From contig CAWCAG010000009.1 of assembly GCA_963793425.1 (NCBI GenBank), positions 352,001 through 416,000 on the forward strand: 64,000 bases of DNA, given 5' to 3'. The position numbers were made by a program, and so were the translations under genes. The notes under the pieces were generated by a model. That model made no database searches and had not been told where the DNA came from. It saw only the letters and a program-made list of their open reading frames with translations. This document shows, piece after piece, positions 20,491-31,499 of the stretch (its first letter is position 1; each line of letters opens with the position of its first letter). Source of the stretch: an uncultured cyanobacterium. GTDB taxonomy: Bacteria > Cyanobacteriota > Cyanobacteriia > Cyanobacteriales > CAWCAG01.

Positions 20491-22077
20491 TTATATTTTC
20501 TTTTCTAAGATTCCTAAAAATGAAGATGAATATTCGCGTTTCCAGTGTTTTCTTTCATCTTTTCCAAGTTTCTTAGTAGCTTCTAGAATTGCTAACTTTC
20601 GTAGTGGAGAAGCTGCACTTATATTATCCTTAATTATAAGTGCTTCGTTTCTTGAGCCTCCTTTCGCTATAGCTAAAGCTGCATATCGTTTAGTGATTTC
20701 TGAATTAGAGTTTTGGTAGATGTTTGTAATCTCTTTTATGTAATTCCAGTCTTCTGAAGTACTAAATATGTATAGTATCCACATAAGGTAGTAATCAGGT
20801 GGGGGATTGTGCTTGTTAGTAAGTGGTTTTAATAACTTGTTCCCTATTTGTTTTTTTTCCGATTTAGTTATCTCTTTAAAAGACAATATGTATTTAGCAA
20901 TTTCTTCTGAAACTGGATAGAGTAGCCCAGCGTTATCAATAATGACATCTAGTATTTCGTGCTTTAGTTCATCTAACGAACCTGAAATACGAGGCAGCTT
21001 AGTAAGGACATACTTAACAATTTTGTAATCAACTAAAGATTTATCTGAAATAGATTTCTTAAGCATACTAAGAAGGTCAATAGCCTGGAACTCTTCTTCG
21101 ATAGCAGAAACTTCATCTTCATCAAGCTCTTCTTTTTCGTTGTCTCCATCTTTGTAACCCGTATCAAATTTTTGCAGTAGGGCAACAGCAGTATCTCTTT
21201 CCGACAAGTTTTTTCCAGGTGTTGCTGCAATCATCTTTTTGTATCTGGAGATTGTATATATTTTAGTTTTAGACGATTGCAATGTAAGTCCATGATTAGA
21301 ATAAAGCCACTCTCCTAAGCGAAAAAGACTTGCTTGTGCTTCATATTCCGATTTACAAAATACATGAAAGTCGTCTACCCAACGAACAAAATCAATCTTA
21401 TTGAAGGTTAAAAACGAATCTACATCAATTAATACTGCCTCTGCCAAAATTCTTGATGCGTAAGGACCGACAGGAATACCGTAGCTGTTAAGTTCCATTA
21501 GCTTAGAAATAAATTTCTTGACAAGAACACGAGCGACATCACTACTACGTGGATTGCAATCAAGAGTCTGAATCACGTTTTCAAGTCTATGCTGATATAT
21601 TCTAGGATAAAAATCTGCAATATCAGTGACTCCAACATACTTAACGTTTGCTTTTTTTGCTTTCTTGTTTAGTTGCTCTGTAAATAGACTATATCCTCCT
21701 CTGGAATCATATAGTCTATCTACCTTTTTGGTGTTTACCCGAAAAGAAAAAACTCGTTGAGTTCGTTTTGATAGCCGTTTTTTTTCTATATCATCCTTAA
21801 CTATTAGTGTCAGAGCTGTATAAATAATTAAGTCTTGAGGGTGTAAAAGATGAACTACTCTTATGTTTGCTCGGTTTTTGGGAGCAAATATCTTCATTGG
21901 CTTATATGGTTCGTATGTATCTAAATCTATCTTTTTTAGATCATCTTTTATATCTTGCCAATTGTTTTGCACCTCAGCCCACTCAACTGGCTCTGGAAGC
22001 ATTGCGCTATAGCCATGATGATTTATTGCAGACAAAGCATTATCTAATTCTTGTTCGCTAAGCTTAAACCCTGACAC
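20491..22077 (-). CDS. Reverse transcriptase, UG/Abi (defence-associated) type, with C-terminal alpha-helical repeat region
   Basis: RT motifs APKN..IR, HPQDLIIY, TDIADFYPRIYQHRLEN, GIPVGPYASRILAE, FVRWVDDF (WVDD at 21370-21381), GLTLQSSKT; GTG start. Confidence 0.88.
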   Translation of the reverse strand: MSGFKLSEQELDNALSAINHHGYSAMLPEPVEWAEVQNNWQDIKDDLKKIDLDTYEPYKPMKIFAPKNRANIRVVHLLHPQDLIIYTALTLIVKDDIEKKRLSKRTQRVFSFRVNTKKVDRLYDSRGGYSLFTEQLNKKAKKANVKYVGVTDIADFYPRIYQHRLENVIQTLDCNPRSSDVARVLVKKFISKLMELNSYGIPVGPYASRILAEAVLIDVDSFLTFNKIDFVRWVDDFHVFCKSEYEAQASLFRLGEWLYSNHGLTLQSSKTKIYTISRYKKMIAATPGKNLSERDTAVALLQKFDTGYKDGDNEKEELDEDEVSAIEEEFQAIDLLSMLKKSISDKSLVDYKIVKYVLTKLPRISGSLDELKHEILDVIIDNAGLLYPVSEEIAKYILSFKEITKSEKKQIGNKLLKPLTNKHNPPPDYYLMWILYIFSTSEDWNYIKEITNIYQNSNSEITKRYAALAIAKGGSRNEALIIKDNISAASPLRKLAILEATKKLGKDERKHWKREYSSSFLGILEKKI

Positions 22078-22116
22078 TGATAGTTAACTATAACTTTGAG
22101 TACCTGAAACATCGCT

Positions 22117-22144
22117 AGTATAACGTGATAAACAATCTGTGTAA
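22117..22144 (-). promoter_or_regulatory. Putative sigma70-type promoter for the RT gene
   Basis: Minus-strand TATACT (-10; 22117-22122) with TTACAC (22139-22144) 16 bp upstream, about 40 bp before the GTG. Confidence 0.35.
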
Positions 22145-22272
22145 CTAAACCTGGTTTGTCACTAAACCAATTATTTCCATAACGAAATATCCTTCGGACT
22201 CAAAAAGATTCTTAAAGATACTTTTTTATTGCCCCTGAAGCCTTATCCTAAATCCGGAAGCTGAATCTTTGA

Positions 22273-23571
<1,299 letters not shown>

Positions 23572-23590
23572 AATACTACAACTTTAATGA

Positions 23591-23636
23591 TTGTGCTGGG
23601 TTAAATACAACTGTTTGTGCTACCAACCCAGCACAA
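23591..23636. terminator. Hairpin between convergent eno and mlaE genes
   Basis: Perfect 12-bp inverted repeat TTGTGCTGGGTT (23591-23602) / AACCCAGCACAA (23625-23636). Confidence 0.65.
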
Positions 23637-23656
23637 CAAAAAGGCAAGAGACTTTC

Positions 23657-23746
23657 ATACCAAATCCGGTCCATAAAGTTCTCAAACTCTTCTCCCTACT
23701 CCCTACCCCAACAGATAAGTCATGCAACAAAGGCAGGATTTTGTCT
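23657..23746 (-). mobile_element. MITE-like dispersed repeat, family A, copy 1
   Basis: ATACCAAATCCGG...CCCTACTCCCTACCCCAACAGATAAGT; reverse complement aligns with 26582-26672. Confidence 0.6.
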
Positions 23747-24507
23747 CACACAACTGGTTCGCCAAATAATATTAAGGATAAGAAAAAATCCACCAGAAAA
23801 ATACAGATCCAAGTATTAACCACAGCTGCTGTTGCCGCTTGCCCTACTTCTTTGACCCCACCAAAAGTCGTCAACCCCCAACTACAGCCAATAATCCCGA
23901 TCAGAATACCGAAAATTGCCCCCTTAAGCAAAATACTGACTAAATCAGTAGGAGTCAAAAACTCCTGAACAGAATTCAAAAACACACGAGGGGCAAGGTG
24001 ATAAAAATGTGTTGCGGCGAAAATTCCCCCGGCAATACCTGTTACCAAGGCAATAATGGTAAGAATTGGTAACATGAGGCAACAAGCAACCACCCTAGGT
24101 AACACCAGGTAGTTAATTGGATCTGTTCTTAGCATATAAAGGGCTTCAATTTGTGCTGTCACCTGCATCGCCCCAATCTCCGCTGCCATTGCTGAACCCA
24201 CTTGCCCAGCCACAATACTAGCGGTTAAAATAGGTGCTAATTCTCGGCAAAAAGCTAAAGCAAAAGCCCCTCCCACCGCATTCACCGCCCCGAATTTTGC
24301 CAACTCCCGTGCCGTTTGGATTGTAAAAATCATCCCCGCAAAACCGGTTACCAACAAAACAGGAATCAGGGAACCGGGGCCAGAAATAGTCATTTGTTCC
24401 AGGGTTAAGCGATAATTAAATTTTCCTTGTAATAAACGTAGCAAAACCTGCCCCATCAAAAGCACAGCCGCAAAACATCGTCCGAAATTTGGTTGAGATG
24501 GGGGCAT
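23746..24507 (-). CDS. mlaE: MlaE/TGD1 family lipid ABC transporter permease
   Basis: RELAPILTA, GQVGSAMAAEIGAM, DPINYLVLPR, VGQAATAAVV. Confidence 0.9.
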   Translation of the reverse strand: MPPSQPNFGRCFAAVLLMGQVLLRLLQGKFNYRLTLEQMTISGPGSLIPVLLVTGFAGMIFTIQTARELAKFGAVNAVGGAFALAFCRELAPILTASIVAGQVGSAMAAEIGAMQVTAQIEALYMLRTDPINYLVLPRVVACCLMLPILTIIALVTGIAGGIFAATHFYHLAPRVFLNSVQEFLTPTDLVSILLKGAIFGILIGIIGCSWGLTTFGGVKEVGQAATAAVVNTWICIFLVDFFLSLILFGEPVV

Positions 24508-24530
24508 ATTTTTTAAGTAATAAGTAACAA

Positions 24531-26414
24531 GTGATGGCCAAAAACTCTCAAATACCTGCTGACTCTTTACCCCCCCATAATATCGAAGCGGAGGAGTCTA
24601 TTCTTGGTGGTATTTTGCTTGATCCCCAAGCTATGGGGCGAGTAGTAGATTTATTAACTATCGAAGCCTTTTATATCAAAGCACACCAATATATTTATCA
24701 AGCAGCCCTTAGTCTCCACGGGCAAGGAAAACCTGTGGATTTAATGACCCTGACAAGTTGGTTGGAAGACCATGATTTTTTAGAGAAAGTGGGAGGGACA
24801 GGCAAATTAGTTCAACTGTTAAACCGTACTATCTCTGCCATTAATATCGATCTCTACAGCAACTTGGTGATGGATAAATATGTGCGTCGCCAGTTAATTA
24901 CCGCTGGTCATGAGGTGGTGGATCTTGGTTATGATACAACCCTCGAATTAGACGTTACTTTAGATAAGGCAGAACAAAAGATATTTGGTCTAAGTCAAAA
25001 ACGGCCGCAACAAGGGCTAGTACCAATTTCCGCCACTTTAGTTGAAGCTTTTAATAACATTGAGAGTTTGCAACAAGAAGGTGGTTTACCAGGGCTAGAT
25101 TGTGACTTTTATGATCTAGATGCCATGACTAGCGGTTTCCAGCGTTCTGATCTCGTTATTCTTGCTGGTAGACCTAGTATGGGCAAAACAGCTTTAGGCT
25201 TAAATATAGCTGCTAATATTGCGAAAAAACATCGCTTACCTGTGGCTATTTTCAGTTTAGAAATGTCTAAAGAACAACTTTCTCAGCGACTTTTATCTAG
25301 TGAAGCAGAAGTTGCTAGTAATCGCTTGCGTTCTGGTAAAATTACTCAAAACGAATACGAACCGATTAGTTTAGCCATTGCCTCTCTTTCTGAGTTACCA
25401 ATCTTTATCGACGACACCCCTAACATGACAGTGATGCAAATGCGCTCCCAGTCTCGCCGTCTTCAAGCAGAACAGGGTAACAAGTTAGGTTTAGTATTGT
25501 TGGATTACCTACAATTAATGGAGGGTAGTGGCAGTGACAATCGTGTTCAAGAATTATCTCGCATTACTCGCGCCCTAAAAACTTTAGCTAGGGAAGTTAA
25601 TGCCCCAGTTATTGCCCTTTCTCAACTTAGTCGGGGGGTAGAGTCTCGTAACAACAAGCGTCCGATGATGTCTGATTTAAGGGAAAGTGGTTGCTTAACT
25701 GGGGATACTTTAATTGCTTTAGCTGATAGTCCCAAATCTATTCCCCTTCAGGATTTAATCGGCAAAGCAGGCTTTCGAGTCTGGGCTTTAAACCCCATGA
25801 CCATGAAGTTAGAAAAAGCCGTGGTTAGCCATGGTTTTTCTACTGGTATTAAGACTGTTTTTCGGCTGAAAACTAGCTTAGGAAGAACTATCAGGGCTAC
25901 AGGCAATCACAAGTTTTTAACTACAAATGGTTGGCAAAGGTTAGATAAAATACAGCAGGGAGATAAATTAGCCCTACCTTTTCTAATTCCTGATTACTCG
26001 ACAACAGCTTGCCAAAAAGGTGATCAATTAACTCAAGAAATCAACAATAACTTCCCTGCTTATTCTTGCCTCTTACCTTTCGCTTCTAATCTCCCTCAAC
26101 AAAGTGATGTGTATTGGGATGAAATTACTACTATTAAACTAGATAAAAAAGAAGAAGTTTTCGATTTAACTGTGCCGCAACACCATAACTTTGTTGCTAA
26201 CAATATCATTGTCCATAATTCCATTGAGCAAGATGCCGATTTAGTAATTATGCTCTACCGCGACTCTTATTATAACCCTGACTCTCCTGACCGAGACTTA
26301 GCTGAAGTTATTATCGCCAAACACCGCAACGGTCCCACAGGAACAGTAAAACTGCTTTTTCAACCAGAGTTAACCAAATTTCTCAATGTAGCCAATAAAC
26401 CAAACTCCTATTAA
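24531..26414 (+). CDS. dnaB: Replicative DNA helicase DnaB, intein-containing
   Basis: PPHNIEAEESILG, AGRPSMGKT, DYLQLM, LSQLSR, LRESG|intein|SIEQDAD, KHRNGPTG. Confidence 0.96.
   Translation: MMAKNSQIPADSLPPHNIEAEESILGGILLDPQAMGRVVDLLTIEAFYIKAHQYIYQAALSLHGQGKPVDLMTLTSWLEDHDFLEKVGGTGKLVQLLNRTISAINIDLYSNLVMDKYVRRQLITAGHEVVDLGYDTTLELDVTLDKAEQKIFGLSQKRPQQGLVPISATLVEAFNNIESLQQEGGLPGLDCDFYDLDAMTSGFQRSDLVILAGRPSMGKTALGLNIAANIAKKHRLPVAIFSLEMSKEQLSQRLLSSEAEVASNRLRSGKITQNEYEPISLAIASLSELPIFIDDTPNMTVMQMRSQSRRLQAEQGNKLGLVLLDYLQLMEGSGSDNRVQELSRITRALKTLAREVNAPVIALSQLSRGVESRNNKRPMMSDLRESGCLTGDTLIALADSPKSIPLQDLIGKAGFRVWALNPMTMKLEKAVVSHGFSTGIKTVFRLKTSLGRTIRATGNHKFLTTNGWQRLDKIQQGDKLALPFLIPDYSTTACQKGDQLTQEINNNFPAYSCLLPFASNLPQQSDVYWDEITTIKLDKKEEVFDLTVPQHHNFVANNIIVHNSIEQDADLVIMLYRDSYYNPDSPDRDLAEVIIAKHRNGPTGTVKLLFQPELTKFLNVANKPNSY
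25692..26219 (+). mobile_element. Mini-intein (176 aa) in DnaB, no homing endonuclease
   Basis: Starts CLTGDT after RESG; block B ATGNHKF; ends HNFVANNIIVHN followed by Ser +1. Confidence 0.93.
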
Positions 26415-26444
26415 ACTTTTAAGCCATTAACCATTAGCAAAATA

Positions 26445-26582
26445 ATGAAATCTGTTCCTTTCTTAAAAATAGACAATCAAACTTTAACCTTAAAACAAGT
26501 TGTCAGATTATCTCAATCTTCGGGGGGATGGCAAAGTTGGCCCTGTCAGGATAAGTCAGTTACCAGAAAGCTTGAAAGGTGA
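26445..26582 (+). pseudogene. 5' remnant resembling a cyanobacterial PpiC-type peptidyl-prolyl isomerase N-terminus
   Basis: MKSVPFLKIDNQTLTLKQVVRLSQSSG then loses similarity and stops at the MITE-like repeat. Confidence 0.4.
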
Positions 26583-26672
26583 TACCAAACTGGTGCTTAC
26601 TAGCACAGGTTATTTGTGAGGGTAGGGAGTAGAGAGCAAGGGTTGGAGAACTTTAGTAACCGGATTTGATAT
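26582..26672 (+). mobile_element. MITE-like dispersed repeat, family A, copy 2
   Basis: Ends ATACCAAA.../...TTTGATAT form imperfect terminal inverted repeats; internal TTATTTGTGAGGGTAGGGAGTAG. Confidence 0.6.
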
Positions 26673-26681
26673 GTAATAAAA

Positions 26682-27725
26682 TTACTCGCCATCAGCAATA
26701 GCGCGATCGCGACCTTGAGCCTTAGCTTTGTAAAGGGCCTGATCTGCTGCTTGAATCAAGGTTTCGGGGGAAGTTTGGGCTGTAGGAGTAAAAGCAGCTA
26801 CTCCTAAACTTAAGGAAACATATTTAAAAGGAGAAGCTTCATGAATAACACCCAAGGCTTTAACCTTATCACGAATTTCCTTAGCCACTTTCAAAGCGCC
26901 GTTAATATCAGTATTGGGCAAAATCACAGCTAACTCTTCTCCACCATAACGGGCTGCCAAATCCGTAGCTCGCTTAGCTTCATTGGCAATCAGGGCAGCA
27001 ACTTTTTGTAAACAATCATCCCCAGCTTGATGTCCATAGGTATCGTTATAGAGTTTAAAAAAGTCAATATCCCCTAAAACTAAAGCTAGTGGTAATTTTT
27101 CCCTAGCCATGCGCCGCCACTCTTGGTTGAGGTATTCGTCAAAACAACGGCGGTTAGCTACTTGAGTTAATCCGTCTAGGGTAGCTAGGCGTTGTAGTTC
27201 TTGGTTGGCAACTTCTAGTTGTCTATAAAGACGAGATTGTTGAATCAATCGCCTTACCCTCTGGCGCAAAACTGGCCAGTGAATCGGTTTAGTGACAAAA
27301 TCCGTTGCCCCCGCTTCAAAAGCCCTATCTACAGATTCTTCGTCCTCTAAACCTGTAATCATGAGTACCGGAGTTCGTTCGATGGAAGTAAGTAAGCTAT
27401 CTGCTTGGTTCCAGAGAATATGTTCTTCTTGACGAGCAAAAATTTCTTCAATTCGTTCTTTAGGAAGAGCAGAAAAACGCTTTTTAGATAAACTTAATAA
27501 ATGACCGCAACAAGTAAAGCCATCCATGACAGGCATCATGGCATCGAGTAGTACAATATCTGGGGTAAATTTTTTGTAAACAGCTAAACACTCTTCGCCA
27601 TTAGCTGCTTCCACAACTTTATATCCTTCCTTCTCCATCACATGGCTGATGATCTGTCGCATAATTTTATCATCATCTGCCACAAGAATAAGGGGTTGCA
27701 CCGAATCAAGAGAAGAGGAGTTCAT
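26682..27725 (-). CDS. Response regulator diguanylate cyclase (REC-GGDEF)
   Basis: LVADDD, LLDAMMP, DGLTQVANRR, DIDFFKLYNDTYGH, ARYGGEEL; likely start ATG 27725 overlapping the upstream stop (ATGA). Confidence 0.92.
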   Translation of the reverse strand: MNSSSLDSVQPLILVADDDKIMRQIISHVMEKEGYKVVEAANGEECLAVYKKFTPDIVLLDAMMPVMDGFTCCGHLLSLSKKRFSALPKERIEEIFARQEEHILWNQADSLLTSIERTPVLMITGLEDEESVDRAFEAGATDFVTKPIHWPVLRQRVRRLIQQSRLYRQLEVANQELQRLATLDGLTQVANRRCFDEYLNQEWRRMAREKLPLALVLGDIDFFKLYNDTYGHQAGDDCLQKVAALIANEAKRATDLAARYGGEELAVILPNTDINGALKVAKEIRDKVKALGVIHEASPFKYVSLSLGVAAFTPTAQTSPETLIQAADQALYKAKAQGRDRAIADGE

Positions 27726-28477
27726 TGTAGATATTGACTTTTTTTCTGACTTAATGCTTTGTGAACTCGTTTGTACTCTGCTTCTAGTTTGCATACTAAG
27801 GCTGTTTCCATTACAGTGCCATGGTTAGCTACTTCTTCTACCTCAAGACATAGCTCGTTTATTTTCAAAGCTCCCAAGATCGCACTGCTAGATTTTAAAG
27901 TATGGGCAGCATTTTCTAATTGAATTAAGTCACCTTCGGTAGCAGCTTTTTTAATATTGTTAATCAGTGAAGGTGCATCTGTCAGGTAGCTATCAATTAC
28001 TTCTATAATGCCCTCAAAGGTATCATCTCCCACCATTTCCATGAGATTTTCCCAAGCTTGAGCGTCAATTACCTCTAGATTATTCTCCTCAGCTTCAGGT
28101 TCCGAGGTTTCTTGAGCCAACTGATAGGTTTTTAGCACCTCAGCTAAAATTTCCATTTTCACTGGCTTGCAGATATAATCGTCCATCCCTGCTTCTAAAC
28201 ACTCGTCTTTGTCGGCAACAGCAGAATTAGCTGTAACAGCAATAATGCGAGGGCGAGTTTCAGCAGACCATTCTTGACAAATATGACGAGTTGCAGATAT
28301 CCCATCCATTTGAGGCATTTGAATATCCATGAGTACTAGATCATAATGCCGAGTGCGTAAAGCCGCTAATACCTCTAACCCATTTACAGCTAAGTCAGCT
28401 TCATAGCCTAGGCGTTTGAGCATTTTTAAGGCAACCTTTTGGTTAACGATGTTGTCTTCTGCTAAGAGAATTTTCAA
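27722..28477 (-). CDS. REC-Hpt phosphorelay protein
   Basis: ILLAEDN, MDIQMP, CKP, AHTLKSSSA; TTG start uncertain. Confidence 0.85.
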   Translation of the reverse strand: MKILLAEDNIVNQKVALKMLKRLGYEADLAVNGLEVLAALRTRHYDLVLMDIQMPQMDGISATRHICQEWSAETRPRIIAVTANSAVADKDECLEAGMDDYICKPVKMEILAEVLKTYQLAQETSEPEAEENNLEVIDAQAWENLMEMVGDDTFEGIIEVIDSYLTDAPSLINNIKKAATEGDLIQLENAAHTLKSSSAILGALKINELCLEVEEVANHGTVMETALVCKLEAEYKRVHKALSQKKSQYLQ

Positions 28478-28557
28478 GGGACTTTTCTTCCTAGATTTGC
28501 GTCACTCTACATAAACTAAAAAGTAAGCAAAAACATTTACATCAAAGGGAAATTCTT

Positions 28558-30816
28558 TCACTCAATTTCGCTAACACGATAAAGATTTAGAATATCACCC
28601 ATTTGGCGAATTTTCTGGCAGCAATTTTCTAATTGTTGGCGATCGCGGACATCAACCCCCAGGTAAATTAAAGCTGGTTTACCATAACTAGTTTTCACCT
28701 CAGCTTTGCGGACATTGACGTTTTGGTCGCTTAAACGAGCTAAAATATCCTTTAATACTCCCACGCGGTCGATAACTTCAATTTGAATGTTGACAGGATA
28801 AGTTTGAGGGCGTTCATTACCATGACTAGGATTCCAATTAACTGGAACTAGACGTTCTCCAGGGACATTTTCCACATTTTGGCAACCTTGGCGGTGAATG
28901 GCAATCCCCTTAGAACCGCGAGTTACTACACCAATAATTGATTCCCCTGGTAAAGGGTTGCAACAGCCAGCAATATAATAAACCAACCCCTCAACCCCAG
29001 CAATGGGAGATTTAGATTTGGTTTTAGCTTTGCTATTGGCTAAACTGCGTATTTTGTATTCATTATTAATTTCTGCTTCAGGGGAAACTTGTTCAATTGC
29101 TTGTTGGGCTTTAACCTCCTCCCGTAGCTTATTAACTGCCGAATTTAAGGTAATTTCTCCATAACCAAGGGCCGCCAACAAATCTTCTACCCCTTGATAG
29201 TTACAGCGTTCGGCGACAATTTGCATCGGTTCGGATTTCAAAGCAGCAGTTGAACCGTTTTTACCTAATTCTTTTTCTAATAATTCCCGACCACGAGCAA
29301 CATTTTCCTCTCGGTTAGAGCGCTTGTACCATTGGCGGATGCGGTTACGGGCGCTGGGAGTGACCACGAAATTTAACCAATCTAGGCTGGGGTGACAGTT
29401 TTTCTGGGTGATGATTTCGACAATATCTCCATTTTGCAAGGCTGTATCTAAAACACTCCAACGGCCATTAACCCTGGCCCCCTTCATGTGATTTCCCACT
29501 TCAGTATGAATGCGATAGGCAAAATCTATCGGAGTTGCTCCCCTAGCCAAAGGAATTACATCTCCTTGGGGAGTAAAAGCATAAACATCGTCGTCAAATA
29601 AATTGTCCTTAAGGCTCTCTACATATTCTTGATCGTCTTTGAATTCTTTTTGCCACTCTAATAATTGCCGCAACCAAGTAAATTTTTCTTCCTCGGTTTC
29701 CATTTTGATATTATTAGAACCACCGCTCTCTTTATATTTCCAGTGGGCGGCAATACCATACTCAGCAATATGGTGCATTTCTAGGGTACGGATCTGTACT
29801 TCCAAAGGACGACCGCTTGAGCCAACGACAGAAGTGTGGAGAGATTGGTAGCGATTAGGTTTCGGTAAACCAATATAATCTTTAAATCGGCCTGGAATTG
29901 GTTTAAAAGAGTCGTGAACTATAGCCAGGGAACGATAACAACTTTCTTTACTCTCAACAATAATTCTCAGGGCGGAAATATCATAAATTTCGTTAAATTC
30001 TTTTTGCTGCCCTTCCATTTTTTGGTAAATACTATATAAATGTTTGGGGCGACCCTTAATTTCCCAAACATTAATGCCGATTTCCCGCAAACGTTGGCGC
30101 AATTGTTCTATGGCTTGTTCAATCCTAACTTCGCGATCAACCCTTCTTTCACAAATTAAGTCTTGAATTTCTTGGTAGGCTTCCGGTTCTAAATATTTAA
30201 AACATAAATCTTCTAATTCCCATTTAAAACGCCCAATACCTAAGCGATTAGCTAAAGGAGCAAAAATTTCTCTGGTTTCTGTGGCGATGCGCTTTTGCTT
30301 TTCGGGGTTTAGATGTTCCAGGGTTCGCATATTATGGAGGCGGTCGGCTAATTTAACCACGATGACCCGAATATCTTTGGTCATAGCCATAAACATACGA
30401 CGGAAGTTTTCGGCCTGACGCTCAGTTTTGCTAGAAAACTGGAACTTAGATAATTTAGTAACTCCTTCTACTAAGTTCCTGACTTGAACCCCAAAACGCT
30501 CTTCTATTTCTGCTAAGGTAATTTCTGTATCTTCAACCACATCGTGAAGAAAACCCGCTGCGATCATTTCGCTATCTCCTCCCAAATCTCGCAGCAAACC
30601 TGCTACAGCTACTGGATGAGCAATATAAGCTTCTCCTGATTTGCGATACTGCCCTTTGTGGAGTTGATAGGCAAATTCAAAAGCACGACAAATCAGGCTG
30701 GTATCTTCGCGCTCTGATTCTGAAGAATGATAGCTTAGTAAACATTGATTGAGCCACTCAGGAAGTTCAAGATCAAGAGCAACAGGAGTGGTAGTAGTTA
30801 GGGTAGTTGCATTCAT
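28558..30816 (-). CDS. relA: Bifunctional (p)ppGpp synthetase/hydrolase (long RSH)
   Basis: HDVVED hydrolase, ADRLHNMRTL, RFKDYI..YQSLHT, TGS (DFAYRIHT), C-terminal ACT. Confidence 0.96.
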   Translation of the reverse strand: MNATTLTTTTPVALDLELPEWLNQCLLSYHSSESEREDTSLICRAFEFAYQLHKGQYRKSGEAYIAHPVAVAGLLRDLGGDSEMIAAGFLHDVVEDTEITLAEIEERFGVQVRNLVEGVTKLSKFQFSSKTERQAENFRRMFMAMTKDIRVIVVKLADRLHNMRTLEHLNPEKQKRIATETREIFAPLANRLGIGRFKWELEDLCFKYLEPEAYQEIQDLICERRVDREVRIEQAIEQLRQRLREIGINVWEIKGRPKHLYSIYQKMEGQQKEFNEIYDISALRIIVESKESCYRSLAIVHDSFKPIPGRFKDYIGLPKPNRYQSLHTSVVGSSGRPLEVQIRTLEMHHIAEYGIAAHWKYKESGGSNNIKMETEEEKFTWLRQLLEWQKEFKDDQEYVESLKDNLFDDDVYAFTPQGDVIPLARGATPIDFAYRIHTEVGNHMKGARVNGRWSVLDTALQNGDIVEIITQKNCHPSLDWLNFVVTPSARNRIRQWYKRSNREENVARGRELLEKELGKNGSTAALKSEPMQIVAERCNYQGVEDLLAALGYGEITLNSAVNKLREEVKAQQAIEQVSPEAEINNEYKIRSLANSKAKTKSKSPIAGVEGLVYYIAGCCNPLPGESIIGVVTRGSKGIAIHRQGCQNVENVPGERLVPVNWNPSHGNERPQTYPVNIQIEVIDRVGVLKDILARLSDQNVNVRKAEVKTSYGKPALIYLGVDVRDRQQLENCCQKIRQMGDILNLYRVSEIE

Positions 30817-31055
30817 AGGGTTGGTGAATTTTTGAGAGTAAGAAGTAAGAATTATCTTAGGTAGGGAGAAAGCTTATAGATTTAGAGTAATCTTTTATTT
30901 TTGATAAGAGAATTTTTTTGCTGATTTGCTTAGGCTTTTAATCTAGGTAAGATCAAGAATCTCTCTAGGAATGAGTTGCTTGGTTGCCAACAGCAATTTG
31001 CAAACCCACCAGAGTAGTAAAAAGACAATATTATAGATATAAAGTTTAACTCAAA

Positions 31056-31436
31056 ATGCTATTAATGTTGCCTCAAGCTTATAGTCAAGCCTATCAGAAC
31101 TTATTGACAGCCTTAGAAGACCTTAAGCATATTACTGCTCCTGCTAACTTTGAATCTACCTCTGTGAAGAAAAGCTTTCAGAAGTTACAGAGGATTTATG
31201 AAACGGAAATTCTGATTTTAAACAAAGAAGCATTGGTAGGAGCGATTCCACCTCGTTGGCAAGCCATACAAACAGAAATCCATCGAGCCTTTAAGCTCAT
31301 GTCCATGGATATGATGTTTCTCGCCTCTGCCAAAAAAGCAACAACTTCCCAATCAAGATTAACGAACCTAAGCGATCGCCTCTCTCAACTTATTGGTTAT
31401 TGTCAAATTTTGCTTGGCGACGAAGAGCAAGTTTAA
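31056..31436 (+). CDS. patD: Heterocyst frequency control protein PatD-like
   Basis: WQAIQTEIHR..L..DMMFL..AK...RL..L..YC pattern; divergent from the RSH gene. Confidence 0.7.
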   Translation: MLLMLPQAYSQAYQNLLTALEDLKHITAPANFESTSVKKSFQKLQRIYETEILILNKEALVGAIPPRWQAIQTEIHRAFKLMSMDMMFLASAKKATTSQSRLTNLSDRLSQLIGYCQILLGDEEQV

Positions 31437-31499
31437 TCTTTTTGGAATCGCATTCTTTAAAGCATGGCGATCGCAAAGTATGGAAACGGCAAGGCGATC

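Noticed and set aside
25960..26110. Homing endonuclease inside the DnaB intein
   Set aside because: The linker is too short and lacks LAGLIDADG motifs.
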